From Octopus sinensis (taxonomy: Eukaryota): DNA of 64,000 bases. The stretch lies in NCBI RefSeq assembly GCF_006345805.1, contig NC_042999.1, forward strand, positions 137,206,001-137,270,000, written 5' to 3'. The notes under the pieces are model-generated. The model was not told the DNA's origin. It searched no databases and was given only the letters and a program-made list of their open reading frames with translations. Shown here piece by piece: positions 50,213-62,461 of the stretch. Both the position numbers and the translations under genes were made by a program. Numbering within the stretch: position 1 is the first letter of the stretch; the number at the start of each line of letters is the position of its first letter.

Positions 50213-50710
50213 TATGGTCATTTCTTTTCTTGTTTTTCCGTTGGGGGCATTTTGGGAAGAAGCATCCCAAACTGGATTTTCACTCAAAATATGGAATTGT
50301 AAAGATGCAATATGATTATTGCTTTTTTCCTTTCTTTCTTTTTAATGATCACAAAGGACTTATAATTTGAAGCAAGGACAGAAAATGAGATTTTGTAATA
50401 GTCATTCCTTTCTCACGTGCATTAACAGTCTCAAATATAATGTTTTTAACAGAATGCTATAATTGTGTTCCTCAGTTGGTTTGTCCTAAGCTTCTTGATC
50501 TGATCTACTGATGTTATATTAGTTTCTTTTGAAAAACCCAATAATGCAGAGCAGTAATAGAGCTGAATATTATTGCTGGTTTGGAACCAACAAGTTTGAG
50601 AGTACAAAAGCTGTTAGAAACGTGGACAGAAACGAACATGGTGTATTAGCTGGCCAAAATAATTTTTATTGTTCTTCAAACTTCTGTAGCAGGTTTGCTT
50701 TTGTGTGTGT

Positions 50711-50810
50711 TTAATGTTTTGGTTTGTAGAAAGGGTTCGAGCCATGGCTTTTATGGGCCCAGTGAAATCGATCCAGTTGATATTTCTTTTGACCAATTGC
50801 AAGCTGACCA
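50711..50810 (-). CDS. Candidate terminal coding exon of nested antisense gene (GQLAIGQKKYQLDRFHWAHKSHGSNPFYKPKH*)
   Basis: atttattttttccttaaag| acceptor; phase 2 continues the previous exon to TAA at 50711-50713; AATAAA at 50670-50665. Confidence 0.4.
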
Positions 50811-51574
50811 CTTTAAGGAAAAAATAAATGGGCAGAGAAGGAATTCCTTAAAACTAATAAGGTAGGGAGTAGGGACAAGGCTTAGTAGCAAGTGTATGTC
50901 CTGAAAGAAAGGGCACAAAATGGGATAATGAGAGGAGAGACAACTTTGTCAATTATTTGAGTGGATAGTATTTTTGTTGTTTTGTTTTTGTTTCATTCCA
51001 TGAAATTTAATATGTATGTATGTATGTATGTAGTAGCAGCACTTTATTAGATATGAGAGAAGATTCCATTATGGGTCATCACATTAGTGCTTACTCCATT
51101 TGTATTACAATTTTTATAGTGGGGTCCAAATTTACACACTTAGCCCTTTGAGAGCTTCTTAATTTACAGTGTATGAAACTATAGACTATCCTAACTTTCT
51201 TCTTGGACTATTACTGCATAATGTTAGCATTTGATTTTTTTATTAATTAAAAATCAGCAAACTTGACTTTATTTTTCACATTCCAAATTAGGACAACATT
51301 AAGGAAAGTAAGAATCCACTTGTAAAACTTACAAAAAATATTTTTAAAAAACAGTCTGAGTTGTCAAAATTAAAATTTTTTTATTAGAAAAAAAATATTT
51401 GCAAGATAATTATTTTCTGTGTAGGAATTCAAAATTGAATTAATCATAAAATGTATGATTTTAATCTTTTATTTTTTATTATTTTTCCTGTTTAATCAAG
51501 GAGGAAAAAGCAGTGCCCGTGATCTTTTTATTTTCTCAAGGCCTAAAACTGGAAACTTGGTTTGAATTCTTTAC

Positions 51575-51665
51575 GATTGATTGAACTGCATTAAAGGTAT
51601 CCGAGGAACGGGTGATGGTGTAAAACCAGGCAACGATGAAATCTGGCACCTATTGATTTTCTTAA
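51575..51665 (-). CDS. Candidate exon of nested antisense gene (VKKINRCQISSLPGFTPSPVPRIPLMQFNQS)
   Basis: atctttcttatgcctcag| acceptor and |gtaaag donor; 91 nt; only phase 1 is open, matching the previous exon; CpG-retaining. Confidence 0.45.
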
Positions 51666-51699
51666 CTGAGGCATAAGAAAGATATTATATATAGGTTGA

Positions 51700-51915
51700 A
51701 TATGGTTTATTAAATCAGCCCTATTGTAAAATTGGTACTTATACAAGCCAACATGGTTGCTTGACCTGTTAAAAATATCAACCAAATCTCTCAAACCACA
51801 TCTTATTATGTTAAGAAAAAAAGAACACACTGGTGTTCTAGATATACTAGTTTTGAATGTAAAGCTGAAAGGTCATGGTTGGAATACTTTTGATCATAGA
51901 TTTGCTTGACTATGG
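51700..51915 (+). repeat. Dispersed repeat family D (also at about 7900, 8140, 8290, 14270, 22140, 22730, 31930, 32340, 34470, 41510, 45090, 57570)
   Basis: Recurring gacctgttaaaaata-cagccaaatctc-ctcaaa...ttaaaaaag...tggataatg...cctttgatcatag motifs on both strands. Confidence 0.7.
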
Positions 51916-52600
51916 CTGATCTATGCCTCAACAACAGGTACTATTTATTTTATTAACCCCAACAAAAGATAATATGCAGTTCATTTCACTTAGGATTTGA
52001 ACTCAGAATAATGAGTTGCACTCTACTCATTGAACTATCTCACTATCCTATTGATCTCAATTATTTATAGGAAATAGACTAAATTGCTTTAATTAGTTAT
52101 ACTTAATATTTTTAACATTTCTGAATTGTAAAACATCTTGATAAGGGTTAAATTGGTTTTATTTTTATTCCATTTGATGCATACCTAAATCTTAAGCTCT
52201 CTAATGAGTAGAAATGTTTAATTAAAATATTCAAAGTTTAAAACTAATTAGTCTCTAGCTATTTCTACATTGTTAATCATTTAGCTTTTTGTAAAACTAT
52301 TTAAATTATTGAAAGTCATTAACAATATTTAATTGTAACAACATTCCTTTTTGGAATGTTGTGTTGCTAATACTTCAGTTAAGTTTGAAACATCATGGTA
52401 GATAAATGGATAATCTTCAGTTAAAACATTATTAAGAATAACTTATTGCTCACACTTTTGATTATACTGTTGTGGTAACCATATCGACAATGACAATGTT
52501 GTCAATAGCAAGAGTATTGTTGCTGATGGAAACTGCAAAGAAGTCAGTGTTTGTAATGGCAAAGCAGTTAATGATGGTGATGACAGTGATGATGATGTTG

Positions 52601-52643
<43 letters not shown>

Positions 52644-54202
52644 GTGTGTGTGTGTGTAAAAATGAATATCACAATGAACAAATATATTAATGCACAGTTA
52701 TTCTTTTGTTTACCTCTTTTCAAAATAGTTGTGCATTAACTAAGATAATGTAGTATTATTAAATACTTGTTCTCTTGCCTTACTTCTAAAGAACAATATT
52801 TAGACTCTGAAAAGAATTATCATTTACCTTTTGAAATTTTAGTTTGTTCAAAATGTCTTATTCAGATAGAGAGAGAGAAGAATCACCCATAATTTTCACT
52901 GGCTTCCCTCAATGGTGAGAGTGATGTATTTAACCATGGCAGAGTTGCCAGAAAAAGCAAAGAACAAGGGTTTATCATGCATTTTTTATTATGGTACCAG
53001 TTTTTGAGAGGTTGTTAGGTCCTTGATAAGACTAAAGGGTCATCTCAACCCTATTTTCTTTCCATTCATTCACCAACTACTTTAAAATATGTACTAGTTG
53101 TATCTTATTGTGGCACCAACTCTAAACAGACAACATTGAACCGTCATTTTGACAAACTCATTAAATTGCAGAATATTGAACTAGGGTGAGATGGGGTAAA
53201 GAGGTAAAAGTATGAAAGAGGATGGTTTTGAAGAGGAGGAGAAAATGGGAGAGACAGTGCAAAGAACAATGGAATGACTAATGGCAGTTATATTTGCTAG
53301 TATAGAAGAGAAGGAGAGTGTGGTAGTGGTTGGTGATTGTGATGGATACCAGTGATAAATATATCTAGAACTAAATCTCCTAAAGTATACTTTGTAATTT
53401 CAAGGAGATTAAACTGCTATTTCTTATCAGATTGAGTAACAGCATAGAGGTTATCTTGTTGGCACACAGTTCTAAAGATTCCAGTAAGTTTCAAACTTGG
53501 AACATTCTCTATATGAAGCAGCTGAGATCACCATAACACTGTTTCAAATTAATGTGGACCATTTTTGAGCCTAGTCCATTGATAGTTATTGGTGAAAGTG
53601 AGTTCCTTGTAGAAGTAAAAGAATTTGTACACTTCTCCAGGTACTGTATATATGCTACAGTTTTAACTTAGCAAATCTTATCTACTTATGCTTACAGGCC
53701 TAGGCAAATATTTTTGCTCTAACAACCACTAGAATTCCTTTCCTGTTTGTCAGTACAAGGTGGCATTGTGATTGGTGCTAGGAAGGACATCTTGCCAAAA
53801 TACATTTAAAAAAAGTAATTACATGTGTGTGCATACCTGCATCTAAACTAAATGTGCATCTGTTCATGCATCTAAATAGATTTAGTTCAAGACAAGTATG
53901 AAAGCCATGAGATATTAAGTGCTTTCATTTGTATCATGTTTCATCTATATTTTCCACTGTAACTTTGACAAAGTTGATAGTTAGCCAGTTACTTTTCTTT
54001 CACTAACATGGAGTTCATAGTTACTTGTTTGGTCATTTTGTGTTAAATTTTCATGGCAGTGTGGTTTAGTTGATTTCACAACTATCTGGGTCCACGTTTA
54101 ATCCCACTTTCTGTGTGTGTCTTTCACTGAAGTATATTGGCAAACGATGTAAACAATAGCAAAAACAGAAAACAAAAAACTGGCATCATCGAATAGAAAT
54201 AC

Positions 54203-54290
54203 CTTGTGTGATATTTGTTCTGCCTGAATTACAATCACTCGTCAATTTTACCAAAAAATGCAATAAATCCATGATTGACCCATTAGAAAC
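54203..54290 (-). CDS. Candidate exon of nested antisense gene (VSNGSIMDLLHFLVKLTSDCNSGRTNITQ)
   Basis: ttggttacag| acceptor and AAG|gtattt donor; 88 nt; only phase 0 is open; ends in phase 1. Confidence 0.45.
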
Positions 54291-56150
54291 CTGTAACCAA
54301 TGACATTATGGTTGACCAAATGTAATAAATACAGCAGTTATTGGTAGAAGGAAACTTTGTCCCATGCACATGTGTATGTGTGTGTATATATATATATATA
54401 AAACTCTGTGTGTGTAGGGCCCTAGGGTAGCTGCTGCTCCAGGCAAGCTGAACTTTAGTATGTACAACCTGATGGTTGTGGAAATTTCCTTGTCTTTGTC
54501 ATGCCCTCCTTGGCACCCCAGGCAACTGCCCACGTTGCCAGTACCTTGAGCTGGCCTTGTATGTGTGTGTACGTGGTAATATGTCATAAAATATATCAAC
54601 AAAATATCTTAATAGAGCAAGTGTTATCTGGTATAGAAATCAGTATGCTGGGTAGAGTGGATATATATATATATATATATATAGTTGACAGTCTACTCTG
54701 AGATTCATCCTTAGTTGGACAGTTCATGACCCATGAACAGCCCAACTAAGAGTGATACTCAAAATAGACTGTTAACTTTGATATTGTTTGTGCATGTATG
54801 TGTGTGAAGGACTATTATATCCGAGTTGCATGTGGTTGGACTCTACAGTTAGATAGATCACTATAATATTTAGTTACATGATATTATGTGCATTTCATTA
54901 ACAATGAATAAATATCAGTTTACATACAAAAAATTTCATAAGCTGATTGCATTGTCAAATTTTCAGAGATTGCACAGCTCTCATAATCTTTAGTATTCAT
55001 ATTGGACCGTTGATGATGTTGTATTGGCTATTATAATGACTGGTAATGATGTTAACATTCCTTGTTGAAATTATCACTGGTTGTTCTGCACTCTTGAACA
55101 TTGGAATAAAGAAAAAATTCTTACTTGAGAAACAGGTAAGGGTTGGTAGTAGGAAGGGCATCTTGATATATAAAATACAGTCTGCATGTGTGTATGCACA
55201 GCTAAACTGCTGGATCAATCTGTACTTGAGAAACAGGTAAGCATTGGTAATAGGAAAGGCATTTGGCCATAAAATGCTACCTCAAATAACTTGCCTTCTA
55301 ATCCAATCTTAGCATGGATAAATAGGTATTAGATGAATGAACAAACAGGAGGAAGATAGCTTTTAGAACTTTCTGACAGTCTCTCTAGCTACAGCCTCTT
55401 GTAAATAGCAGTAATGTGATTAATGTGGCAAATACCTAATCATATAACAAGAATTGATACCTACCTCATTGTGTTCAACCATTGATAAATTTATTGCCTG
55501 TGAATATGAAATTCCTCTTCATTTCTCTGGAAACTTACATCTACACCATTGGAAATTGTGCATCTATACAAAGGATTAATTCACCCTCTCTGTAATGCTA
55601 ATAAGCAGGAATTGAGACCCACCTCGTTGTGATTAACAATGGATAAATTTGTCTTCTGTGAGTATGTAATCCCTCATCATATCTCTGGAAATTCATATGT
55701 GCTCTATGGATTAGGTCACCTTCTCTGTGATGCTATTAGAACTTTTTTAAAATTCTGTGATAAGACTGTACATCATCTTTAAAGAACTTTAATGAACTTT
55801 GGAAATCTGTTTATGTTACTTAATTATCTACATTACTTCATGAGTATAGCCTCAACCACTAGGATGTCTAGAGAACTCGCATGTATTTTAGCTGATGGGT
55901 ACGGGACACGTTTATATGCTGTAATTTTTACAACTTTTAATAAAGCCTGTCCTTGTATGAAACGATTGTACTAAAAACCTATCCATTCTTGTTGCTTCTT
56001 TCTCGCTTATAATCACCCCACATTACTGTATTGTTAAAACAGTATAGTTTTTTTTGGTGCATCTAAGTTAGGTACCATATTCAAGTAAATTCATTTAAAT
56101 TAACTTGAATCTTTATTGCTTTTTGTATATATATATATATATATATAGTA

Positions 56151-56663
56151 GGCCGTTTGCCAGCTCTGTCTGGCCCCGTGTCGGTGGCACGTAAAAGCAC
56201 CATCCATTCGTGGCCGTTTGCCAGCTCTGTCTGGCCCCGTGTCGGTGGCACGTAAAAGCACCATCCGTCCATGTCTGTTGCCAGCCTCGGCTGGCCCCCG
56301 TGCCGGTGACACGTAAAAGCACCGTCCGCTCGTGGCCGTTTGCCAGCTCTGTCTGGCCCCGTGTCGGTGGCACGTAAAAGCCCCATCCGTTCGTGTCCGT
56401 TGCCAGCATCGCCTGGCCCCGTGCCGGTGACACGTAAAAGCACCATCCGTTCATGGCCGTTCGCCAGCTCTGTCTGGCACCTGTGCAGGTGGCACGTAAA
56501 AAACACCCACTACACTCGCGGAGTGGTTGGCGTTAGGAAGGGCATCCAGCCGTAGAAACACTGCCAGATCTGACTGGGCCTGACGAAGCCTTCCAGCTTC
56601 ACAGACCCCAGTTGACCCGTCCAACCCATGCTAGCATGGAAAGCGGACGCTAAACGATGATGA

Positions 56664-56669
<6 letters not shown>
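56151..56669 (+). mobile_element. 5'-truncated RTE 3'UTR copy with six 60-62 bp tandem units and (GAT)n tail, lying in a (TA)n run
   Basis: GTAAAA anchors at 56191, 56252, 56313, 56374, 56434, 56496. Followed by ggcgttaggaagggcatccagc...ccaacccatgctagcatggaaagcggacgctaaacgatgatgat, the reverse complement of 46148-46310. Confidence 0.9.

Positions 56670-56720
<51 letters not shown>
56666..56720. repeat. (AT)n microsatellite continuing from the RTE (GAT)n tail
   Basis: Direct reading. Confidence 0.95.
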
Positions 56721-56721
<1 letters not shown>

Positions 56722-56987
56722 TTTTGATCTACTAGTAGCTGACAGTAGGGACAAAATGCTTGTCAATTTACTATGACAAACAGCTAATTGATTTATTAGC
56801 AAAATCCATCTTTCAATTTGAACTTAGCTCTGCAAGCTAATTGGTAGTAGAGAAAAATAAGATAACAGACTAAATTTAGTCTCGGCATTCCATTTACTAA
56901 TTCAAAATCTTACTAGTGTCAATTGTGCTTTTCACCCCTCTATGATGAATAAAGTAATATGCAGCAGTCAATTTTGTTGATCTTTAC

Positions 56988-57091
56988 CTGTACTTCTTTA
57001 AAAGATTTGCTTTCTTCCTTATCAAAAGAAATCATTGTTATCTCAAAGTTTAACATAAAAATGTTTAAGCAGATATTTATCATTTTAGTTT
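56988..57091 (-). CDS. Candidate exon 1 of 4 of a nested antisense gene (xTKMINICLNIFMLNFEITMISFDKEESKSFKEVQ); acceptor uncertain
   Basis: Donor CAG|gtaaag at phase 0; acceptor ttcttgctattag|; open frame. Confidence 0.3.
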
Positions 57092-57346
57092 CTAATAGCA
57101 AGAATACCAACAGGCAGTGGTTGTAAAGCAAAATCTCTGATTTCACCAAATAAATATATCAAGAGTGACTTAGCTACTACCAATGTAAATAATTTTGTTG
57201 CTATATTATTTTAGATATCTGGCTGCAGCTAAGATTTATCTTTCGTTGTTTTATCACATATGTTTTTTTTTTCATTTTGTATACATTTTCTCTTCATTTG
57301 GTGTGGTTTTTTTTTTTTTTTGAACATTCATTTTTCCCTCGTTTTG

Positions 57347-57562
57347 CTCTTTAGCATTTAAATTGGTTATATCTGGCTTTAAATATTCTCTGTTTTATAT
57401 TCAAGCTGGCTAGATTTGGCCTCTCACACCTAATCTGCAACATCATTCTAAAAATACACTAACACATCAAAATCTTGAAGCTACAACATAATGCATGATT
57501 AATTCAAAACAACGTAAACAAATAAACATTACATTTGACAGAGTAACCTGTATGTCAAAGGG
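57347..57562. mobile_element. Second TTAA-type MITE family
   Basis: Left end ctctttagcatt is inverted relative to right end atgtcaaaggg-TTAA. Confidence 0.6.
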
Positions 57563-58884
57563 TTAAATCAGATCAGCCTTGACTGAGCAAACCTATACTC
57601 AAAAGCAATACAGCTGTGACCAACCAACTGACTAGCATCCCTCCCACCACTAATTTCAGGCATTGTACCTAAATTAGAAACAAGTGTAGACATATCATCT
57701 TGGTAGTGCATTATCCAGTATGACTTTGTTTCTTTTCTTTTCTTTGAGATAATATGATGTCTTAATGCTAACCACTTTAAGTGAAACAAAAGTAGAACCT
57801 GTTTCATCAGATAGGCAAATCTATTGAGGCAAGCAGGGTTGTTTCTTGACCCAAAAGCAGGTACTGGTTGTAGCCATTCTGCTACAGCCAGTGGTCCATT
57901 CTGAACACTTAACCATATAGTTTAGCACCTCAGTCTTATATCTACTGTACTTCAGGAATTCTTTAATAATTATTTGTAAATTTAGTGGTTTAGTGATAAT
58001 GTCAAAGATCATTTGTTCATGTCTTGATATTCTCATATCATGGTTTGATACTCTCATATCTTTCCCCTTTCACCCCGTTTACTAGCCACATTAGCCCATA
58101 TGAACAGAGACTACAAGGAGCAGTGAATATTTTTTTTCTTGAAGGGTACATGGATGGTATCCTCACTAGTTTTGATGATGCCCTGAAATCACCCAATATC
58201 CTCTGTAAAGTTATTTGTGAATAACTGGAGATAATATAAGGTCAAGAAAACCTTCAGTCTTGGCTCACTGAGGATATGACACCCTCTCCAATGCTAGTGC
58301 CATGATAAAATCCTCCCAGTACACTCTGTAAAGTGGTTGGTTTAGGAAGGACATCCAGTCATAGACACCATCCTCAAAAATAAAATGTACAATCAAGGTG
58401 TGGTTCTCATTTGGTATAGAAACCCAGTTGCTTCAAATAAGAACTGACTTCGATCTTGACAACCCATGCCAGCATGGAAAGTGAACATAAAACAATGATG
58501 ATATATATATATATATATATTTATATATATGGAAGATGGATCTTTCTCAGAATTTCCAACTATGAGTTTGCAGTTGTTCAGTCAACTGAGCTGCCAAACT
58601 TGTTGAACCAGTTGTGTATTCAATCCAGAGGAATGTTTACTCTTGACATGATACTCGGGCAGAATAGGCATGACAGTGTGGCAAGTCTGGGTCTTTGAAT
58701 TACTTCTACAATTCAATATGCTTCTGCACAGGTTCTGTCTACCTAGTTTCACTCACACTGCATGATTAGACATGAAGCTATAGTGGAAAATAATAGCTCA
58801 TGGTGCCAAACAGTGAGATCAAAACAAGGAGCTTATGATTCAGGAGTGAACTTCTGAGCCATTCAGCTATATTTCATCAATATT

Positions 58885-59110
58885 TGTGTGTGTGGTACAT
58901 ATTTCTGCATGTGTGTGTAGATGTACATATGTGTGTAGATGTACGTGTGTGTGTGTATATGTATGTGTGTGTATATGTGTGTGTGTATGTGTGTATATGT
59001 ACGTGTGTGTATGTGTGTATATGTACGTGTGTGTATATGTGTGTATATGTACATGTGTGTATGTGTGTACATGTATGTGTACATGTGTGTGTGTGTATGC
59101 ATATATGCAT
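58885..59110. repeat. Compound TG/TA microsatellite with repeating higher-order units
   Basis: Repeats such as gtgtgtatatgtacgtgtgtgtat; source of six overlapping low-complexity ORFs. Confidence 0.9.
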
Positions 59111-60674
59111 ATAAACTGGTCAATATCATAAAAAAATTGAAGCATTGAATCTAAAGATATATGGACATTTGCTACTAGGCAACATCTATATTTAATTGTA
59201 GATCAAAGAAAACTCTTTCAATATTAATGAAATCAATAATGTCTGTGAAAGGTAAAAATATGTGTATATAATGTATAATACAATGAATTGCAGGCTTTGT
59301 AAGAAACATCTTTTGTTAAACCTTAGAATGTTTTTAGGAACTCTTTTCATAATCTTTCAGTAACCTATATCTTTATAGTCTTCAGGGTAGTCATTGGTAT
59401 CTGTTAGTAAGGTGAAAGAGTCACTTACTCAGATTCTAGTATTGGCATTCACTGTTTCCTTGGTAAAAGACATTCAACTCTCATTGGCCAAATCAACTCA
59501 GCTGTAAATATGTATTATATAGTAATAGGCCTCACATGCCTACCATTGCCTCACATGGTTATTTGGCCCTTGAGTGCCTTTTACAGAACTTACGCTGTTC
59601 TAAATATTTGGACTAAACTCCTTAGAACTCTCATTGTCTGGAATTTTCCTGCAATTATTGAACTAGAGATGTTTAAGTTGAGTGTAACTCCCATTATCCC
59701 ACTAGTCTTAGAAAAGTCTTAGGTTGTAGACTATATTCCTCTTTCTTGATTAACTTAGAAACAAGTCATGGGAGAATTTGTTCATACTTCCACCTTCCCA
59801 ACAATAGTAATGATATTGATAATTGACAAGTGTTTATTATCTTGTAGCCTATATATCTAGAAGAAACAAAAAGAATTTACTCCTGTATATTCTTCAGTGA
59901 ATTATATAGAAATTTCAACAATGAGGTTAATGGTAACTGTACATTATAGTCTTCAGTTGATTCTATGCTGTTCTCACTAAGCTAATCTATTCTTTGTCAA
60001 AAGGATTTTTAAATAGCCTGGTGTTTTACTGTAGTTTTTATAACATTTAGAAAGTAAAGAGGGAAATAATATCTTCTTGGATAGAACATTTGTTATTACA
60101 GTAGTATCTCCCTTGAGAGGAATTGAATACTGAACTGTAAGCCAAAGAAATGCTAATCATTTCTATTGTGATATGAGGGAATTTGTGTGGTATCGAATGA
60201 CCATGTAAAACAGTGGGTGTAGGGAAATTTACCAGTACATAAGAATTTGCAGGGCCACAAACATTGAATCTTTAGTTTCATTGATTCTTAAGAATGCAGC
60301 CATATTAAGTTATAAATTTTGGTATCAATGCTTGAATAATTACCTTCATATGAGTTTTCTGAAATTCTATCAGCTGGTGGCTTCAAGTATGAATGGTAAC
60401 CAAAACATCACTTTCAGGTTCCCCACTCCTGACATAGAGGCTTTCTGTTTGGTTTGCTATTGTTAGATTCTTTATTTCGATTGTATCCATTCATTACATT
60501 CTTGGCATGGTTGGCATTATGAAGGGCATTCAGCTGTAGAAAACCATGCCAAATCAGACTGGAGTCTTGTGCAGATTCCCAGCTTATCAGCATGGACAAC
60601 AGACATTAAATGATGATGATGAAATGAAATAAAATAGCACACATGCATGCCTGCACACACACACACATGCACAC

Positions 60675-60911
60675 ATCAATTTAACACCCACTTTTCGATG
60701 CTTGAATGAGTGAGATAGACTTTCTGTGGCTAGATGTGCTTCCTGTTGCCAACACTGGCCTATTTCACACAAGTCTTCCTAGTCCTTTGGAAATGAACAA
60801 CACAATGACAAAACTTACTTCCATGGAAGATTGCAGACAAATACCACTACTTGTATGATGGAGGCATCTGCATACAGTTAGCAAGCAATATCAAGACATG
60901 AATATACACAC

Positions 60912-60984
<73 letters not shown>

Positions 60985-61139
60985 TTTTAGTTTTCGTCTG
61001 CCAAATCCACTTAAAAGGTTTTTGGTCAGTCCAAGACCAACATAGAACACACTTGCCTAAAGTACCATAAAGTGGGATGGAACCAAAAAATCACATGGCT
61101 GCAAAGCAAACTTCTTAACAATACAGCCACACCTGAACA
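60675..61139 (-). mobile_element. SINE family C copy with long internal (CA)n
   Basis: tttcttttagttttcgtctgccaaatccac..cacacttgcctaaagtacc..gcaaacttcttaac adjoining the (CA)n run. Confidence 0.7.
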
Positions 61140-61259
61140 TGTATGTATGCATGCAAGCAAATGCTTCTGTATAAGAATACAGATGTATACAACTACACTG
61201 TTGTGTGTGTGTGTATTTACATGTATGTTTACATGAGTTTGTATTTTTATAGATGTATA

Positions 61260-61780
61260 TAAGGTCTGATCAGAAAGTATTGGGACTGTTGCTATGGTAA
61301 CAGAGCTAAAGTACAGTGTGTAAGCTATTTGCCACAGTTTGACCTTGAATTTTGCCATGCATGCACACAGTTATAATGTTCTTGCTCACTTCCGTTGTTT
61401 ATAGCAGTGCTTGGAAGTAAAGTATGTTGAGTGTGGTCATCTCAAAAAGAAGATTGGGTTTCAGCTGCGCAGGGTCTCTGATTGTGTGGTGGAAGATGAA
61501 AATTTCTTGAAAACGGTCATATGTGACAAATTTTTGGTCTATGGCTATGACTCCAAAACCAAGTCAAGAATCCAATCCCACTTGAAAGGAACAAGATTTC
61601 AAAATGTTGATGATATGCACAAGAATGCAATGATGCAGCTTCTTGCTGTCTCAAAAAAAGGAGTTCCAAAAATGCTTCCATCAATGGAAACGACTGCTTC
61701 AATGGAGATTAAATGCTGAATTGATAAGTGTTGTAGTTTGCTTTTTATAGCAAGTCCTGATATGTTTTGATCAAACCTCG
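61260..61780 (+). mobile_element. Internally deleted mariner derivative (about 520 bp), different family from 42459
   Basis: Ends TA-taaggtctgatcagaaagtattgggactgttgctat and atagcaagtcctgatatgttttgatcaaacctcg-TA are imperfect inverted repeats. ORF 61411-61719 fuses DENFLKTVI..VYGYDSKTK to HLKGTRFQNVDD, the two halves of a mariner catalytic domain. Confidence 0.8.
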
Positions 61781-62461
61781 TATATAGTCTTGGTCAAAAC
61801 TCTGAATGCAAAGATGAAATAAAGATGAAAACTAATTATCTACTAGATAATTGCAAGCAACAACACAAAGCTAATTTATATTACTTAGTATGATATATAA
61901 ATGAGGAAATATTTCGAAGTTTCTTCTATTTGACATTTCTGATACAGCAAGGTACATAGAAATTCATGAAATTATCATAAGAAAATAAGGGCTTCTTAAA
62001 TTGCTTTATATGGCAATAGGCTAAGGTTCAAGAAGTTACCACCTCAACTAAATGTAGCTGTAAGTGCTGACCAGATAGTTTCATTTAGATTTCATTAGAA
62101 ATGTACAAATTATTTGGCAAATCATTCTGAATTTGTCACAACACTTCACACTGATCTCTTGATTCAATCTCTTTGTATTTGATCCCCATCTGCATCTAGC
62201 ATTACTACAAGGAAATAATTGCTGACAACAGTAAAATGCTTGAATTTTTCTCTCTCCTTCAATCTCCCCTTCCCCTTCTCCCTGTCTTATGTGTGTATAT
62301 CTTTCGGTTTAAATATATCTATTCCTCTGCATGTGCCTCTCTATATATATGGTATCTGGGTGTGTGTTTGTGTGTGTATTTATCTTATTTCTTAGTATAA
62401 GAATATCTTCTTCTGCTTCTCTCTCTCTGAATTTTAATGCCTTGATTTCTTAATTTTACAG

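Larger units (their letters stand above)
30833..62461 (+). other. NKAIN: 31.6 kb NKAIN intron (GT...AG)
   Basis: Bounded by gtaagt at 30833 and ttacag ending 62461; joins two in-frame NKAIN exons. Confidence 0.85.

Noticed and set aside
58860-59150. Cluster of His/Thr/Val/Cys-rich ORFs (also at 26432-26687, 49508-50315, 60847-61050)
   Set aside because: Translations of dinucleotide and trinucleotide microsatellites.
59429-59860. Three minus-strand AG/GT blocks with strong donors (gtatga, gtaagt)
   Set aside because: They cannot be joined in frame to the nested-gene chain, and one has stops in all frames. They could be UTR exons or decayed TE; unresolved.
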